Origin: a virus
Reading direction: 5' to 3' (one strand)
IMG/VR virus record: IMGVR_UViG_3300008227_000003
Span: 149 to 64,148 of that record
DNA length: 64,000 nucleotides
The position numbers were made by a program, and so were the translations under genes. The notes below the pieces were generated by a model, which did not search any database, had not been told where the DNA came from, and saw only the letters and a program-made list of their open reading frames with translations. The stretch's first letter is position 1. Every line of letters begins with the position of its first letter. Below are positions 47,333 to 56,212 of the stretch, one piece after another.

Positions 47333-49027
47333 ATGGCTAAAAATTGTTATGGTTTGGAAGAATGTGTTGGGTCTGCAGGGCCCAATTTTAATGATGATAT
47401 TGTTGATGGTGGACCGTGTGCTCCACACGTAAGTGGAAACGGATACACGAATACTTCCAGTGTCGCAACTCCGTGTGCACCTTTTCAATTGGATAAAAAT
47501 CGTGACACAGCTTTTATTGAAGGGCTAGTCAACGAGAATCTGAATATTGGGGGTGCAACATTTAACGTACACAAATTGCTGGGTGTGCATGAACAAGGGA
47601 AGTTGATTGATTGTACGGGATTGGGTACACCACTAACAAATGGTGATGCACCATATTTCCCTGCATCGCAAGCATATGATAAGTTCATCACTGAATGGCG
47701 ATCCATTCAGCGTGGAGATGGGGTGTTATTGTCGGCATACCTTGGATACGATTTCGGTACAATAAAAACGAATGACAATTCACGAGCGGCGTATGGTGTT
47801 GATACTAGCATCTATAGACACGTCACCGCGATTGCGATAAAACAATCCAATATTGCCACACGACGCATAACACGAGCTAGAGTCGAACGATCCAGTGATG
47901 GAGACAAGTGGTATGGAGTATCGCTTGTCACGCTACCCGATGACGATTGTTTGAATACTATTATGTTCAAGTCATCAGTTCCGTCGCGATACTGGCGTAT
48001 ACGTCCTGTTGACTTCAATGGAGTCGACACACCAGATGTTTGGGGCGTTCAAGCGCTGCAAATGTTCCATGGATTTGAAGGAACGAATACGGACAACATC
48101 CAAGATAAAATTCTGTTGGAAAATCGCGATCGTGATTATAATACAGAAGCGTTACCGATTAAAGGGACGTATGATTTACTAGACATAACATCAGAATTGA
48201 CACGATTCGGTATTGAATTACCGTCACTATCGTTGTACATGCAGGTTGCTTTTGGTAGCTGTGTTGCAGCGTTAGGTCGTCCATTGATCATCGGAGATAT
48301 TATCGAAATCCCGAGCGAAGCGCAATACTCCGCAGAGATGCGAAAGATTGAGCGGTGGGTCGAAGTAACTGATGTTGCATGGAGTACAGAAGGGTATACA
48401 CCTGGATGGACACCAACACTACTGCGTGTTATTGCTCAACCAGCATTTGCATCTCAAGAAACACAAGACTTATTTGGAGACCTTGCAGCTACTGAGATTG
48501 AAAACGAGCATGGGTTGGTTGATGGTGAAGATGGTAACCACGCTTTCTACCAGGATTATTTCGACGTTAGTCAAACGATAGACGCGGAAGCAAAGGATGC
48601 TGTTCCGCTAGCGGGGGTTGAATCGTCTAGTGTTATTCGTGCTTGGGAACCAGAAGAAATCGCAATCGCGGAAGCGGCTGGGATAAAGAATCTTGAGGTA
48701 ACGGGACAACCGACTGGGATAAAATTCCACGAAGACGCAATGCCGCCAAACAATGCACCGTATACTGAAATGGCTGAATTCCCAAATGCACCAAAACATG
48801 GGGATTACCACAGAATGACATACATTGATTTGGCTACAGATGTTCCATCTAGGTTGTTTAGATATTCCGAACAGAAGGGACGGTGGATATTCTTGGAAAA
48901 AGATAGACGCATACAAATGGAACACCCTGTGCTTAATGAATTTTTGGCTGCTGGTGACGAAAGAAGGGATAACGACGAGATCACTCGCGATAGACCACGA
49001 ATAGACAAAGATTGTGAGGATAAATAA
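47333..49027 (+). CDS. gp14: Neck protein gp14-like with discoidin/F5-8-like insertion
   Basis: LLENRDRDY...LTRFGIE..LYMQV...LGRPLIIGDIIEIP; insert YLGYDFG..RVERSSDGDKW..SRYWRIRP. Confidence 0.8.
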   Translation: MAKNCYGLEECVGSAGPNFNDDIVDGGPCAPHVSGNGYTNTSSVATPCAPFQLDKNRDTAFIEGLVNENLNIGGATFNVHKLLGVHEQGKLIDCTGLGTPLTNGDAPYFPASQAYDKFITEWRSIQRGDGVLLSAYLGYDFGTIKTNDNSRAAYGVDTSIYRHVTAIAIKQSNIATRRITRARVERSSDGDKWYGVSLVTLPDDDCLNTIMFKSSVPSRYWRIRPVDFNGVDTPDVWGVQALQMFHGFEGTNTDNIQDKILLENRDRDYNTEALPIKGTYDLLDITSELTRFGIELPSLSLYMQVAFGSCVAALGRPLIIGDIIEIPSEAQYSAEMRKIERWVEVTDVAWSTEGYTPGWTPTLLRVIAQPAFASQETQDLFGDLAATEIENEHGLVDGEDGNHAFYQDYFDVSQTIDAEAKDAVPLAGVESSSVIRAWEPEEIAIAEAAGIKNLEVTGQPTGIKFHEDAMPPNNAPYTEMAEFPNAPKHGDYHRMTYIDLATDVPSRLFRYSEQKGRWIFLEKDRRIQMEHPVLNEFLAAGDERRDNDEITRDRPRIDKDCEDK

Positions 49028-49791
49028 TGAAGACACCAGATGAGTTTTACTACGATGAGCAGCTACGAAAGTATATCGTTCAGTTCGCAGCTATTTTTAT
49101 GGGGCTTCAGGTTGAGGTTGGTGAACGGAAAGATGTTGCTGCTCACCTCGTACCGGTGCCGATCAAGGTTGCCAGTTCGGATAGAGTTGTTGCTGCCATA
49201 AAAAACGAAAACACCCAAACGAAATTGCTACGGCTACCGTTGTGTTCTTGTCAGTTGACTGGTTTGGATATGGCTCCGGAAATGAGAAAGGGAGTATCAC
49301 AAAAACGTCGGAACACGTACATGCCAACTGGTGGAATATTTCCCAATGATATGCAAGTCGTCGAACAACGAATGCCCGTTCCGTATAAGGCTGAAATGGA
49401 GTTGACGTTATATGCTAGCAACCAAGACCAACACTACCAAATGTTGGAGCAGATATTATCCATATTCGATCCAGTGTTTCAGGTGCAACTGACCGACGAA
49501 GCGTTTGATTGGACGAAAATTACCACCGTCGAACTAACTAACATCAACTTTGATGAGAATTTTAATCCTGGTGGGGATAGACGTATCATACAAACCACAC
49601 TATCATTCTCAATGCCGGTGCATTTATCGCTGCCTAATCGAGTCCACCAACGTTTTGTTAAGGATATATTCTTACGAATCGGAGCCGTTGCAACGGACGC
49701 TTCAAATTCGTATGAAATTATTGCGGATCTCGATAGCCAACAAATTCCATATGATCATGTGTTTTCGTTAGATGAGGTGGACCTAGAGTGA
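49027..49791 (+). CDS. gp15: Tail terminator gp15-like
   Basis: FYYDEQLRKYIVQFAAIF...VPI...RMPVPY...QMLEQILSIFDP. Confidence 0.85.
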   Translation: MKTPDEFYYDEQLRKYIVQFAAIFMGLQVEVGERKDVAAHLVPVPIKVASSDRVVAAIKNENTQTKLLRLPLCSCQLTGLDMAPEMRKGVSQKRRNTYMPTGGIFPNDMQVVEQRMPVPYKAEMELTLYASNQDQHYQMLEQILSIFDPVFQVQLTDEAFDWTKITTVELTNINFDENFNPGGDRRIIQTTLSFSMPVHLSLPNRVHQRFVKDIFLRIGAVATDASNSYEIIADLDSQQIPYDHVFSLDEVDLE

Positions 49792-49820
49792 TGAGTTTTG
49801 TGTGGTTTAGTGGGGCAACA

Positions 49821-49828
49821 TATAAATA
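49821..49828 (+). promoter_or_regulatory. Late promoter TATAAATA
   Basis: Upstream of sheath. Confidence 0.75.
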
Positions 49829-49893
49829 TATGCAAGTAATCACACAACAGTGACAACAATTAATAACATAGCAATTCGAAGGAGAATTCTATT

Positions 49894-51675
49894 ATGGTGA
49901 CTTTGGTAAGCCCAGGCGTAAGCGTAACAGTAACTGATGAGAGTTTTTTCATCCCTGTATCAGCGCCTACAGTACCTTTATTTTTCATAGCAACGCAAGA
50001 TGAAAAAACACAACCAGATGGTGTAACACCGGCTGATGGAACATATGAGTATGATGTAATTCGAACAATAACATCCCTCAAACAGAGCACGAACACGTAT
50101 GGAGTACCAAACTTCCTCATTGAGCCAGTTACCGTAGCACCACTTTTTGGTGTTGCTAATGATGCTCATCATGGTGATGCTCGTAACGAATATGGTCTGT
50201 TTGCGTTAAACCAATACCTTGGAATAGGCAACAGAGCTTACGTTATTCGTTCTAATGTGAATTTAAACGACAACATCGATGCTATACGCGATATGTGGGA
50301 TCGTAAAGTCCTTGAAGCTAAAATCGTGTTGGAAAATCTGACTAACGAATTTATCGGCGAATACAACAGCGTCAATGGGTTGATTCCTGGTGATGTTGGG
50401 TACAAACAAACAGTAACAGCTGCTGAATTAGTCGCTGTTACAGATCAAGCAACATCTGATTTGTTTGCTGCGTATTCATTCAGAGATCTGCATGACGATT
50501 ACACTGATGATCAATCACTTGCACCATTTGATGTGTATGCGAATGGATATGATCTACCAGCAACAGGAAGCTACGAAGGATTAACGCATATAGCGAACAA
50601 CATCGTTTCATTCCCTTCTTTTCCGGGTGGTGGTATCGTTGTTGGGGAATTCACAGCACAAGAGACTGGCGACTTAATGGTTGCTTTAGCTGATGATTTC
50701 AAATACACTGTAGAGTTCACGAGTAAATCCAGCTTAGGCTCGAATGATGCAGCTCGCAGATTCGCTATCGTTACCGCATTACAAGCATCTATCAACAGCA
50801 ACACTGATATTAGATCGGAAAACTTTGATTTCAACTTAGTGCTGTGTCCTGGTTATCACGAAACGGTGGATGAGCTGTTTAGATTGGTTGTGGACAGCCA
50901 AGAGGAAGCTCTAATCATTGCCGACACCCCTGTAGACTTATCGCCAGATGGTATAACAAACCCATCTACTGGATGGGCAGCGTCAACCGCTCGCGTTAGA
51001 TCACAGCATGTAGCATATTACTATCCTTGGGGACTTGCTTCTAATTTGGATGGTAGAAATGTTGTTGTTGCTGCTAGTGGAATTGCATTACGTACATACG
51101 CTCATAGTGATGATGTATCGTTCTTGTGGTTTGCTCCTGCTGGCTTACGTCGTGGTTTGGTATCGGGGTTAACCAATGTTGGTTACGTATCCGGTCAATT
51201 GGGTGGTGTAACAGAATTTAAAGAAGTTGCGTTAAACTTAGGTCAACGTGATGCCCTGTATCAATACTTACCAAGTGGGGATATCAACCCAATTACATTC
51301 TTTCCTGGTAAAGGTATTGTGGTGTGGGGACAAAAAACATCTGCTGTAGCTGCAAGTGCTATGGATCGGGTGAACGTGTCCAGGTTGGTAAAATACATAA
51401 AACGTCAACTACGAAGAAATACACTGATCTACGTATTTGAACCGAATGATCAAATCACACGAGATGCTCTAAAATCTACTGTGGATGGATTCTTAAATGA
51501 TTTGGTTGCAAAACGAGGCTTGTATGATTTCGTGACGATAAGTGATGAATCAAACAACACACCTGATAGAGTTGATAGAAATGAAATGTACATCGACATC
51601 GCGTTAAAACCGATCCGTGCAGCTGAATTTATATACATCCCAATCAGAATCGTTGCAACAGGTGCTGAGATTTAA
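49894..51675 (+). CDS. gp18: Tail sheath gp18
   Basis: LVSPGVSV, WFAPAGLRRG, INPI, VWGQKT, DRVNVSRL, FEPND, VDRNEM, LKPIRAAEFIYI. Confidence 0.96.
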   Translation: MVTLVSPGVSVTVTDESFFIPVSAPTVPLFFIATQDEKTQPDGVTPADGTYEYDVIRTITSLKQSTNTYGVPNFLIEPVTVAPLFGVANDAHHGDARNEYGLFALNQYLGIGNRAYVIRSNVNLNDNIDAIRDMWDRKVLEAKIVLENLTNEFIGEYNSVNGLIPGDVGYKQTVTAAELVAVTDQATSDLFAAYSFRDLHDDYTDDQSLAPFDVYANGYDLPATGSYEGLTHIANNIVSFPSFPGGGIVVGEFTAQETGDLMVALADDFKYTVEFTSKSSLGSNDAARRFAIVTALQASINSNTDIRSENFDFNLVLCPGYHETVDELFRLVVDSQEEALIIADTPVDLSPDGITNPSTGWAASTARVRSQHVAYYYPWGLASNLDGRNVVVAASGIALRTYAHSDDVSFLWFAPAGLRRGLVSGLTNVGYVSGQLGGVTEFKEVALNLGQRDALYQYLPSGDINPITFFPGKGIVVWGQKTSAVAASAMDRVNVSRLVKYIKRQLRRNTLIYVFEPNDQITRDALKSTVDGFLNDLVAKRGLYDFVTISDESNNTPDRVDRNEMYIDIALKPIRAAEFIYIPIRIVATGAEI

Positions 51676-51693
51676 CAGTATTACCGGTAATCA

Positions 51694-51701
51694 CATAAAT
51701 A
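51694..51701 (+). promoter_or_regulatory. Late promoter CATAAATA
   Basis: Upstream of tube. Confidence 0.75.
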
Positions 51702-51729
51702 CAATCAAAGCATTTAAAGGAAATTAAAC

Positions 51730-52323
51730 ATGGCAACTATAACTCAAATGGGTATTCCAGGACTTGGTGATGCAGGTACCAATATCCTTCAGCCAAAACT
51801 GAAAAACAAATGGAATGTTACGTTTGCTAACATTGCAGGTGGTGCCGCTCAAGGTTCTGATTTATCAGTGCAAGCTGTAACCGTGACACGACCTGTATTG
51901 TCTTTTGAAGAAGTTCAATTGGACAGATACAACTCACGTGCGTGGGTTGCTGGCAAGCACACATTCGAACCAATGACAATCACGTTTGAAGATGATGTTA
52001 CTAGTTTAGCAACCAAGGTGTTGCAAGACCAAATATCAGCTCAACAATGGTTAATCGGTGGTGAAGGGCCTTGGTTGGGAACAGCCGGTGAAGGCTCTCA
52101 GTATAAATTTGCAACAACACTAAACCTATTGGATGGTAAGGAAACTGTCATCGAATCATGGAACATCAGTGGTTGTTGGATACAAAATATTGACTACACT
52201 GATTTGGACTACTCAGCATCTGACGCTGTTCAAATCACAGTTACTCTTAGATACGATCTGGCTGTACAATCAGCTGGTGGATACGCACAAGGGGAAGGTA
52301 CTGCTCTTGGTGGTATGGCTTAA
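51730..52323 (+). CDS. gp19: Tail tube gp19
   Basis: QPKLKNKWNV..VTRP..FEPMTITFEDD..WNISGCW..LDYS..VTLRYD. Confidence 0.9.
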   Translation: MATITQMGIPGLGDAGTNILQPKLKNKWNVTFANIAGGAAQGSDLSVQAVTVTRPVLSFEEVQLDRYNSRAWVAGKHTFEPMTITFEDDVTSLATKVLQDQISAQQWLIGGEGPWLGTAGEGSQYKFATTLNLLDGKETVIESWNISGCWIQNIDYTDLDYSASDAVQITVTLRYDLAVQSAGGYAQGEGTALGGMA

Positions 52324-52347
52324 CTGTTGTAAATCAGCACATCAACC

Positions 52348-52375
52348 AAAAAAAGGGCTTCATTGCCCTTTTTTT
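52348..52375 (+). terminator. Rho-independent terminator (bidirectional-type)
   Basis: A7-GGGC/GCCC-T7. Confidence 0.8.
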
Positions 52376-52392
52376 GTGTTTGGAGTTCCACC

Positions 52393-52400
52393 CATAAATA
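52393..52400 (+). promoter_or_regulatory. Late promoter CATAAATA
   Basis: Upstream of 52423. Confidence 0.7.
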
Positions 52401-52422
52401 TACGCACATAGGAGTATAACAA

Positions 52423-54240
52423 ATGGCAATCGACCCACGAAAATTTACCGCACCTGTAGCGGGATCAAAAACAGCAGCCAGAAACGCCGCCTTGGTTAGA
52501 CGGTCGGCCGACTTGCTGCGTAATAGTGGCAGCATACTCAACGCTCCAAATATATTAAAAGCGCAGGTAAACGCCACGATCAATAACACGGTCCGACGGG
52601 TTCCTGGTCGTTTGAAAAAAGCCGCCAATAACATTGCTATCAATGCTGTGTCTGACGCAGCAATGGGAGCGTTTTCGGGGTTCGCTACAGGTGGCATTAC
52701 AGGAGCATTCACTGGTAGTTTATCAGCTGGTGCTGGTGGTATTCTTGGTAATGTTCAGGGAGCTGCGGACCAAATACTCGGCCAGGTTGGTTCGGATATA
52801 GGTTTGGGGGTTGGAGGTATTGTTAATAATATTGGTGGTGGTGTGCTGTCGGGTATAGGCAACACCGCAATCGCTGGGTTAAAAAACCTCAGCACCAGTA
52901 GCGTATTCGATGCTCTGGGTTCTGCAGGATCGACGATATCGGGTTTGTTCGGTGGTGACGAAAATGGTGATGATGAATTCACCCCAATCAACATGGAAAA
53001 TTCCGATCCACCCGTGTCCAAAATGGAACGGTTGGGTGTTGATGTTGGTGTTTTTAAAAATTGTCCGGAAGAAACGGTTGCTGCTATGGATAGCAGAAGC
53101 GCAGATATACTGGACCGTGCTGCAGGTGCATTTGAGAGTGAAAGCGCTCTACGTAATACGGATACATCGAAGCTATCAGACGAAGAAAAAATAACACACA
53201 AATTTGAGCAAGATGCTGTAACATCACAAATGTTAGCATTAGACACCGAGATTTTAGCATTCAAAGCGGAAACCGAAGCAATCGGCAACGAATGTACGGT
53301 TGCAAAGTACGCAGTGGAAACCCAACGATTCCCGAAACACTTCGCATCACACTTAGCCGAGAACCACCAACCCAAATTCAAATTCATGTTTATGGTGGAG
53401 TTTGTGTTCCATCCGGAATACCAACACCTAATGACATCGGAGCGTGGAGTTAAATCGGGGTTCGAGTTTGTGGTGAAGAATAGCTCCCGCCCCAACGTAT
53501 CATTCGAGTATGAAGAAATCAACATGTACAATTACTGGACCAAAATTCCAAAACGTACGGTATACGAACCGATGACGATGCGGTTCTATGATGATATTCA
53601 GAACAACGCTGGTACGTTCTATACAAACTACATGCGAGCGATGAGTCCGATAGCAAATGAGGGGATGGATGGCAATGCCATGTTACCCCAACACTACCAG
53701 GAACGCAGTTTAACAGCAAACACCATTTCTCGTACAGCCGTTCCAAACAATACGATTGGGGGCGCATCTCTAGGATCCCTAAATGGAGATGCATCAAATA
53801 TACTACTCGAAGTCAAATTATACCATCTATACGACTGGGGTAAGTTGTTGAATGTGTATCATATGTACAATCCGAAAATCACCAACTTAAACTTGGATGA
53901 TGTGGATATGGCAGAAAGTGGTGCGGGTAGCGAATTGGAAATTCAATTTAGTTATGATGGGTTATATGTTGAGCCGAACCGTTTAGTTACAAAAGAACTG
54001 ATGGCTAAGATATCCGGTGCTGGTGTGTCCCCTGGATACGAAATCGATCCAATATTCAACCCCGAAGAAGATATCAAAGGGGATGGTCCAGTTCCATTCG
54101 GAACTGCGGTATCACGCAAAGAGGACAAAGCGGCACCTCCATCAAACGCGCCAACGCAAGCAGCAGCGAAAGCAGCAGCTCCAACGGTGTTAGCACTTAA
54201 CACGGTTGCACCCCCCGTGAGTAACTCAATGGTAGCATAA
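52423..54240 (+). CDS. Tube-fold protein (gp48/gp54-like) with Gly-rich N-terminal extension
   Basis: C-half VKNSSRPNVSF..INMYN..YEPMTMRFYDD..NPKITNLNLDD..IQFSYD resembles gp19 fold. Confidence 0.7.
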   Translation: MAIDPRKFTAPVAGSKTAARNAALVRRSADLLRNSGSILNAPNILKAQVNATINNTVRRVPGRLKKAANNIAINAVSDAAMGAFSGFATGGITGAFTGSLSAGAGGILGNVQGAADQILGQVGSDIGLGVGGIVNNIGGGVLSGIGNTAIAGLKNLSTSSVFDALGSAGSTISGLFGGDENGDDEFTPINMENSDPPVSKMERLGVDVGVFKNCPEETVAAMDSRSADILDRAAGAFESESALRNTDTSKLSDEEKITHKFEQDAVTSQMLALDTEILAFKAETEAIGNECTVAKYAVETQRFPKHFASHLAENHQPKFKFMFMVEFVFHPEYQHLMTSERGVKSGFEFVVKNSSRPNVSFEYEEINMYNYWTKIPKRTVYEPMTMRFYDDIQNNAGTFYTNYMRAMSPIANEGMDGNAMLPQHYQERSLTANTISRTAVPNNTIGGASLGSLNGDASNILLEVKLYHLYDWGKLLNVYHMYNPKITNLNLDDVDMAESGAGSELEIQFSYDGLYVEPNRLVTKELMAKISGAGVSPGYEIDPIFNPEEDIKGDGPVPFGTAVSRKEDKAAPPSNAPTQAAAKAAAPTVLALNTVAPPVSNSMVA

Positions 54241-54683
54241 TGGCTAGACGCACAAAACAAGGGAAGTACAAACCAAATCACCCTGAGAAATATAAGGGTG
54301 ATCTATCCAAGATACGGTATATGTCATCGTGGGAGTTGAACTTCCACCAATTCCTAGACAACAATCCAAACATTCTCGAATGGACATCGGAGAGTATACG
54401 AATACCATATCTCAAACCAACAGACGGACGGGTACATATGTATCTTCCGGACTACTGGATTAAATATGTTACGAGGCAGGGGGAGTTATTGGAAGAAATT
54501 ATCGAAGTAAAACCCGATAAAGAAACCAGAGCACCCCGAACCGTTGGTAAAAACAAAAAGACACAACTATACGAACAAATAACCTGGGCAGTAAATGATG
54601 CAAAGTGGAAAGCAGCAAATTTATATTGCCAGAAAAAAGGAATAAAGTTTCGTATAATCACAGAAAAACATTTATTTAGATAG
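54240..54683 (+). CDS. gp4: Head completion nuclease gp4-like (TnsA-like)
   Basis: QGKYKPNHPEKYKGD..YMSSWE..EWTSE..IPY..YLPDY..IEVKP..NDAKW.AA..FRIITE. Confidence 0.92.
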   Translation: MARRTKQGKYKPNHPEKYKGDLSKIRYMSSWELNFHQFLDNNPNILEWTSESIRIPYLKPTDGRVHMYLPDYWIKYVTRQGELLEEIIEVKPDKETRAPRTVGKNKKTQLYEQITWAVNDAKWKAANLYCQKKGIKFRIITEKHLFR

Positions 54684-54691
54684 GGCATTTT

Positions 54692-55099
54692 ATGTTATTA
54701 ATAGAAGTATTTAGCGATCCGATAGAGTGGAAGGAAGATACGGTATCAGCAAAATTATACACAGCGGAGTTTTCGGTTTATGATCTTAACTATAAGTTTG
54801 TTGCGGAGCGTAGTGTTTTGGAGGGAACGTGGTATATAAACTTTTCTAATACGCTATCCAAGTATGAATTATCCAACACTGGTAAATCCTTTTCGGTATT
54901 TGCTACAATTCTTGATATATTTCGTAAATTTATGAAAACAAAAAATCCAGACACTATTATCTTTCAAGCAAAGGAACCCAGTAGAATTAAATTGTATGAT
55001 CGTATGGCCAAACAGTTAGAACGAATGGGATTCACGTTATCGGAATCGAAGCTGAAAGAACAACCATCTACAAAAATATACACTTTCGAGAAAAACTAA
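54692..55099 (+). CDS. Hypothetical protein, paralog copy 1
   Basis: MLLIEVF...TGKSFSVFAT..F..AKEPSRIKLYDR. Confidence 0.8.
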   Translation: MLLIEVFSDPIEWKEDTVSAKLYTAEFSVYDLNYKFVAERSVLEGTWYINFSNTLSKYELSNTGKSFSVFATILDIFRKFMKTKNPDTIIFQAKEPSRIKLYDRMAKQLERMGFTLSESKLKEQPSTKIYTFEKN

Positions 55100-55566
55100 T
55101 GTTATTAGCAGAAGTATTTGATAGACCAGTAAACCATGCTGATTTGCAGCACCCTCCAAAACCAGATGAAGAAATTGATGACAATGAAGATGATGAATAC
55201 AATCAAGATACGGAGATGTTATCAACACATTTCACCATAGGTGACAAAAAGTATTCGGTTGAATTGGAACACCAAGGACACGGTATTTGGGATTTGGAAT
55301 TTGGATTAGAGACTGTACAGCAAGGAAGACTAAAATCCAAAACCAGTATAACCAAAACTGGTAATGCGGTTAAAGTGTTTGCAACAGTAGCAAGTATAAT
55401 AAAACAGTTTATACGATCCCACGATGTGAACGGAATCGAATTCAGTGCAAAGGAAGCTAGTAGACGCAAATTGTACGATCGTCTCATCAAGCAATTTCAT
55501 GATATTGGATGGAAAACCAACACAAAAGTGTTAAAATCAACAAAAGTGTATCAAGCATTAAAATAA
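55099..55566 (+). CDS. Hypothetical protein, paralog copy 2
   Basis: MLLAEVF...TGNAVKVFAT..F..AKEASRRKLYDR. Confidence 0.8.
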   Translation: MLLAEVFDRPVNHADLQHPPKPDEEIDDNEDDEYNQDTEMLSTHFTIGDKKYSVELEHQGHGIWDLEFGLETVQQGRLKSKTSITKTGNAVKVFATVASIIKQFIRSHDVNGIEFSAKEASRRKLYDRLIKQFHDIGWKTNTKVLKSTKVYQALK

Positions 55567-55576
55567 TGATGTCACC

Positions 55577-55726
55577 ATGTTAGTATTCGAGGTTTTTAAT
55601 AATCCACTGGAGTTGGAACTGCTCACATCCAGAAGCGGATAATTTGTCGCACGTTTCAAAAATGGACACGATGGTATAGTGGGTATGGGGGTCTTAACCA
55701 GTATACATGGACCAATGCAACCATAA
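55577..55726 (+). pseudogene. Truncated paralog copy 3
   Basis: MLVFEVFNNPLELELLTSRSG-TAA-FVARF...; N-term matches copies 1/2; in-frame stop at 55640. Confidence 0.5.
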
Positions 55727-55729
55727 ATA
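55722..55729 (+). promoter_or_regulatory. Late promoter CATAAATA, 6 nt before terS ATG
   Basis: No SD in the 6-nt gap. Confidence 0.7.
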
Positions 55730-55735
55730 CCCGCT

Positions 55736-56182
55736 ATGGAAACTAAAATTGTACACTCAGAAAAGCAAGTAGACCATCCAATGGAAGGTATATTGGATAT
55801 CGATGAAAATTCAACGTTGATGCCTATCGTTGAACGCAAGACAACTGACATCGCAGCAACGACAACAGAAGCTTACGACGACAAAGACACAGAGATTGAA
55901 ACTCAGTTTCAAGAGGTGTATGATGCCGCAATGGATGCGTATGATACCCAGATGGGAACGTCGGAATCCGTCGAGGGTAAGTATGCAGCTCGGAACGGCG
56001 AAGTTGCAGTCCAATTTCTAAACACGGCCCTTCAAGCTGCAAAAGAAAAATCAAGCACAAAACAACACAAGGATAAATTAGCCATTGCACGTGGTAAATT
56101 AGCAGGTGTTGGTACAACAAACAACAATTTGATCGTTGCAGACCGTAATGACATACTCAAAGCCCTATCGGGTGAGCGGTAA
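55736..56182 (+). CDS. Terminase small subunit (gp16-position)
   Basis: Immediately upstream of terL; helical; C-term TTNNNLIVADRNDILKAL typical of T4-like small terminases. Confidence 0.75.
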   Translation: METKIVHSEKQVDHPMEGILDIDENSTLMPIVERKTTDIAATTTEAYDDKDTEIETQFQEVYDAAMDAYDTQMGTSESVEGKYAARNGEVAVQFLNTALQAAKEKSSTKQHKDKLAIARGKLAGVGTTNNNLIVADRNDILKALSGER

Positions 56183-56198
56183 CCCACACGAAACGTGC

Positions 56199-56206
56199 TA
56201 TAAATA
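56199..56206 (+). promoter_or_regulatory. Late promoter TATAAATA, 6 nt before terL ATG
   Basis: Exact T4 consensus; no SD in gap. Confidence 0.75.
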
Positions 56207-56212
56207 TGGGTT

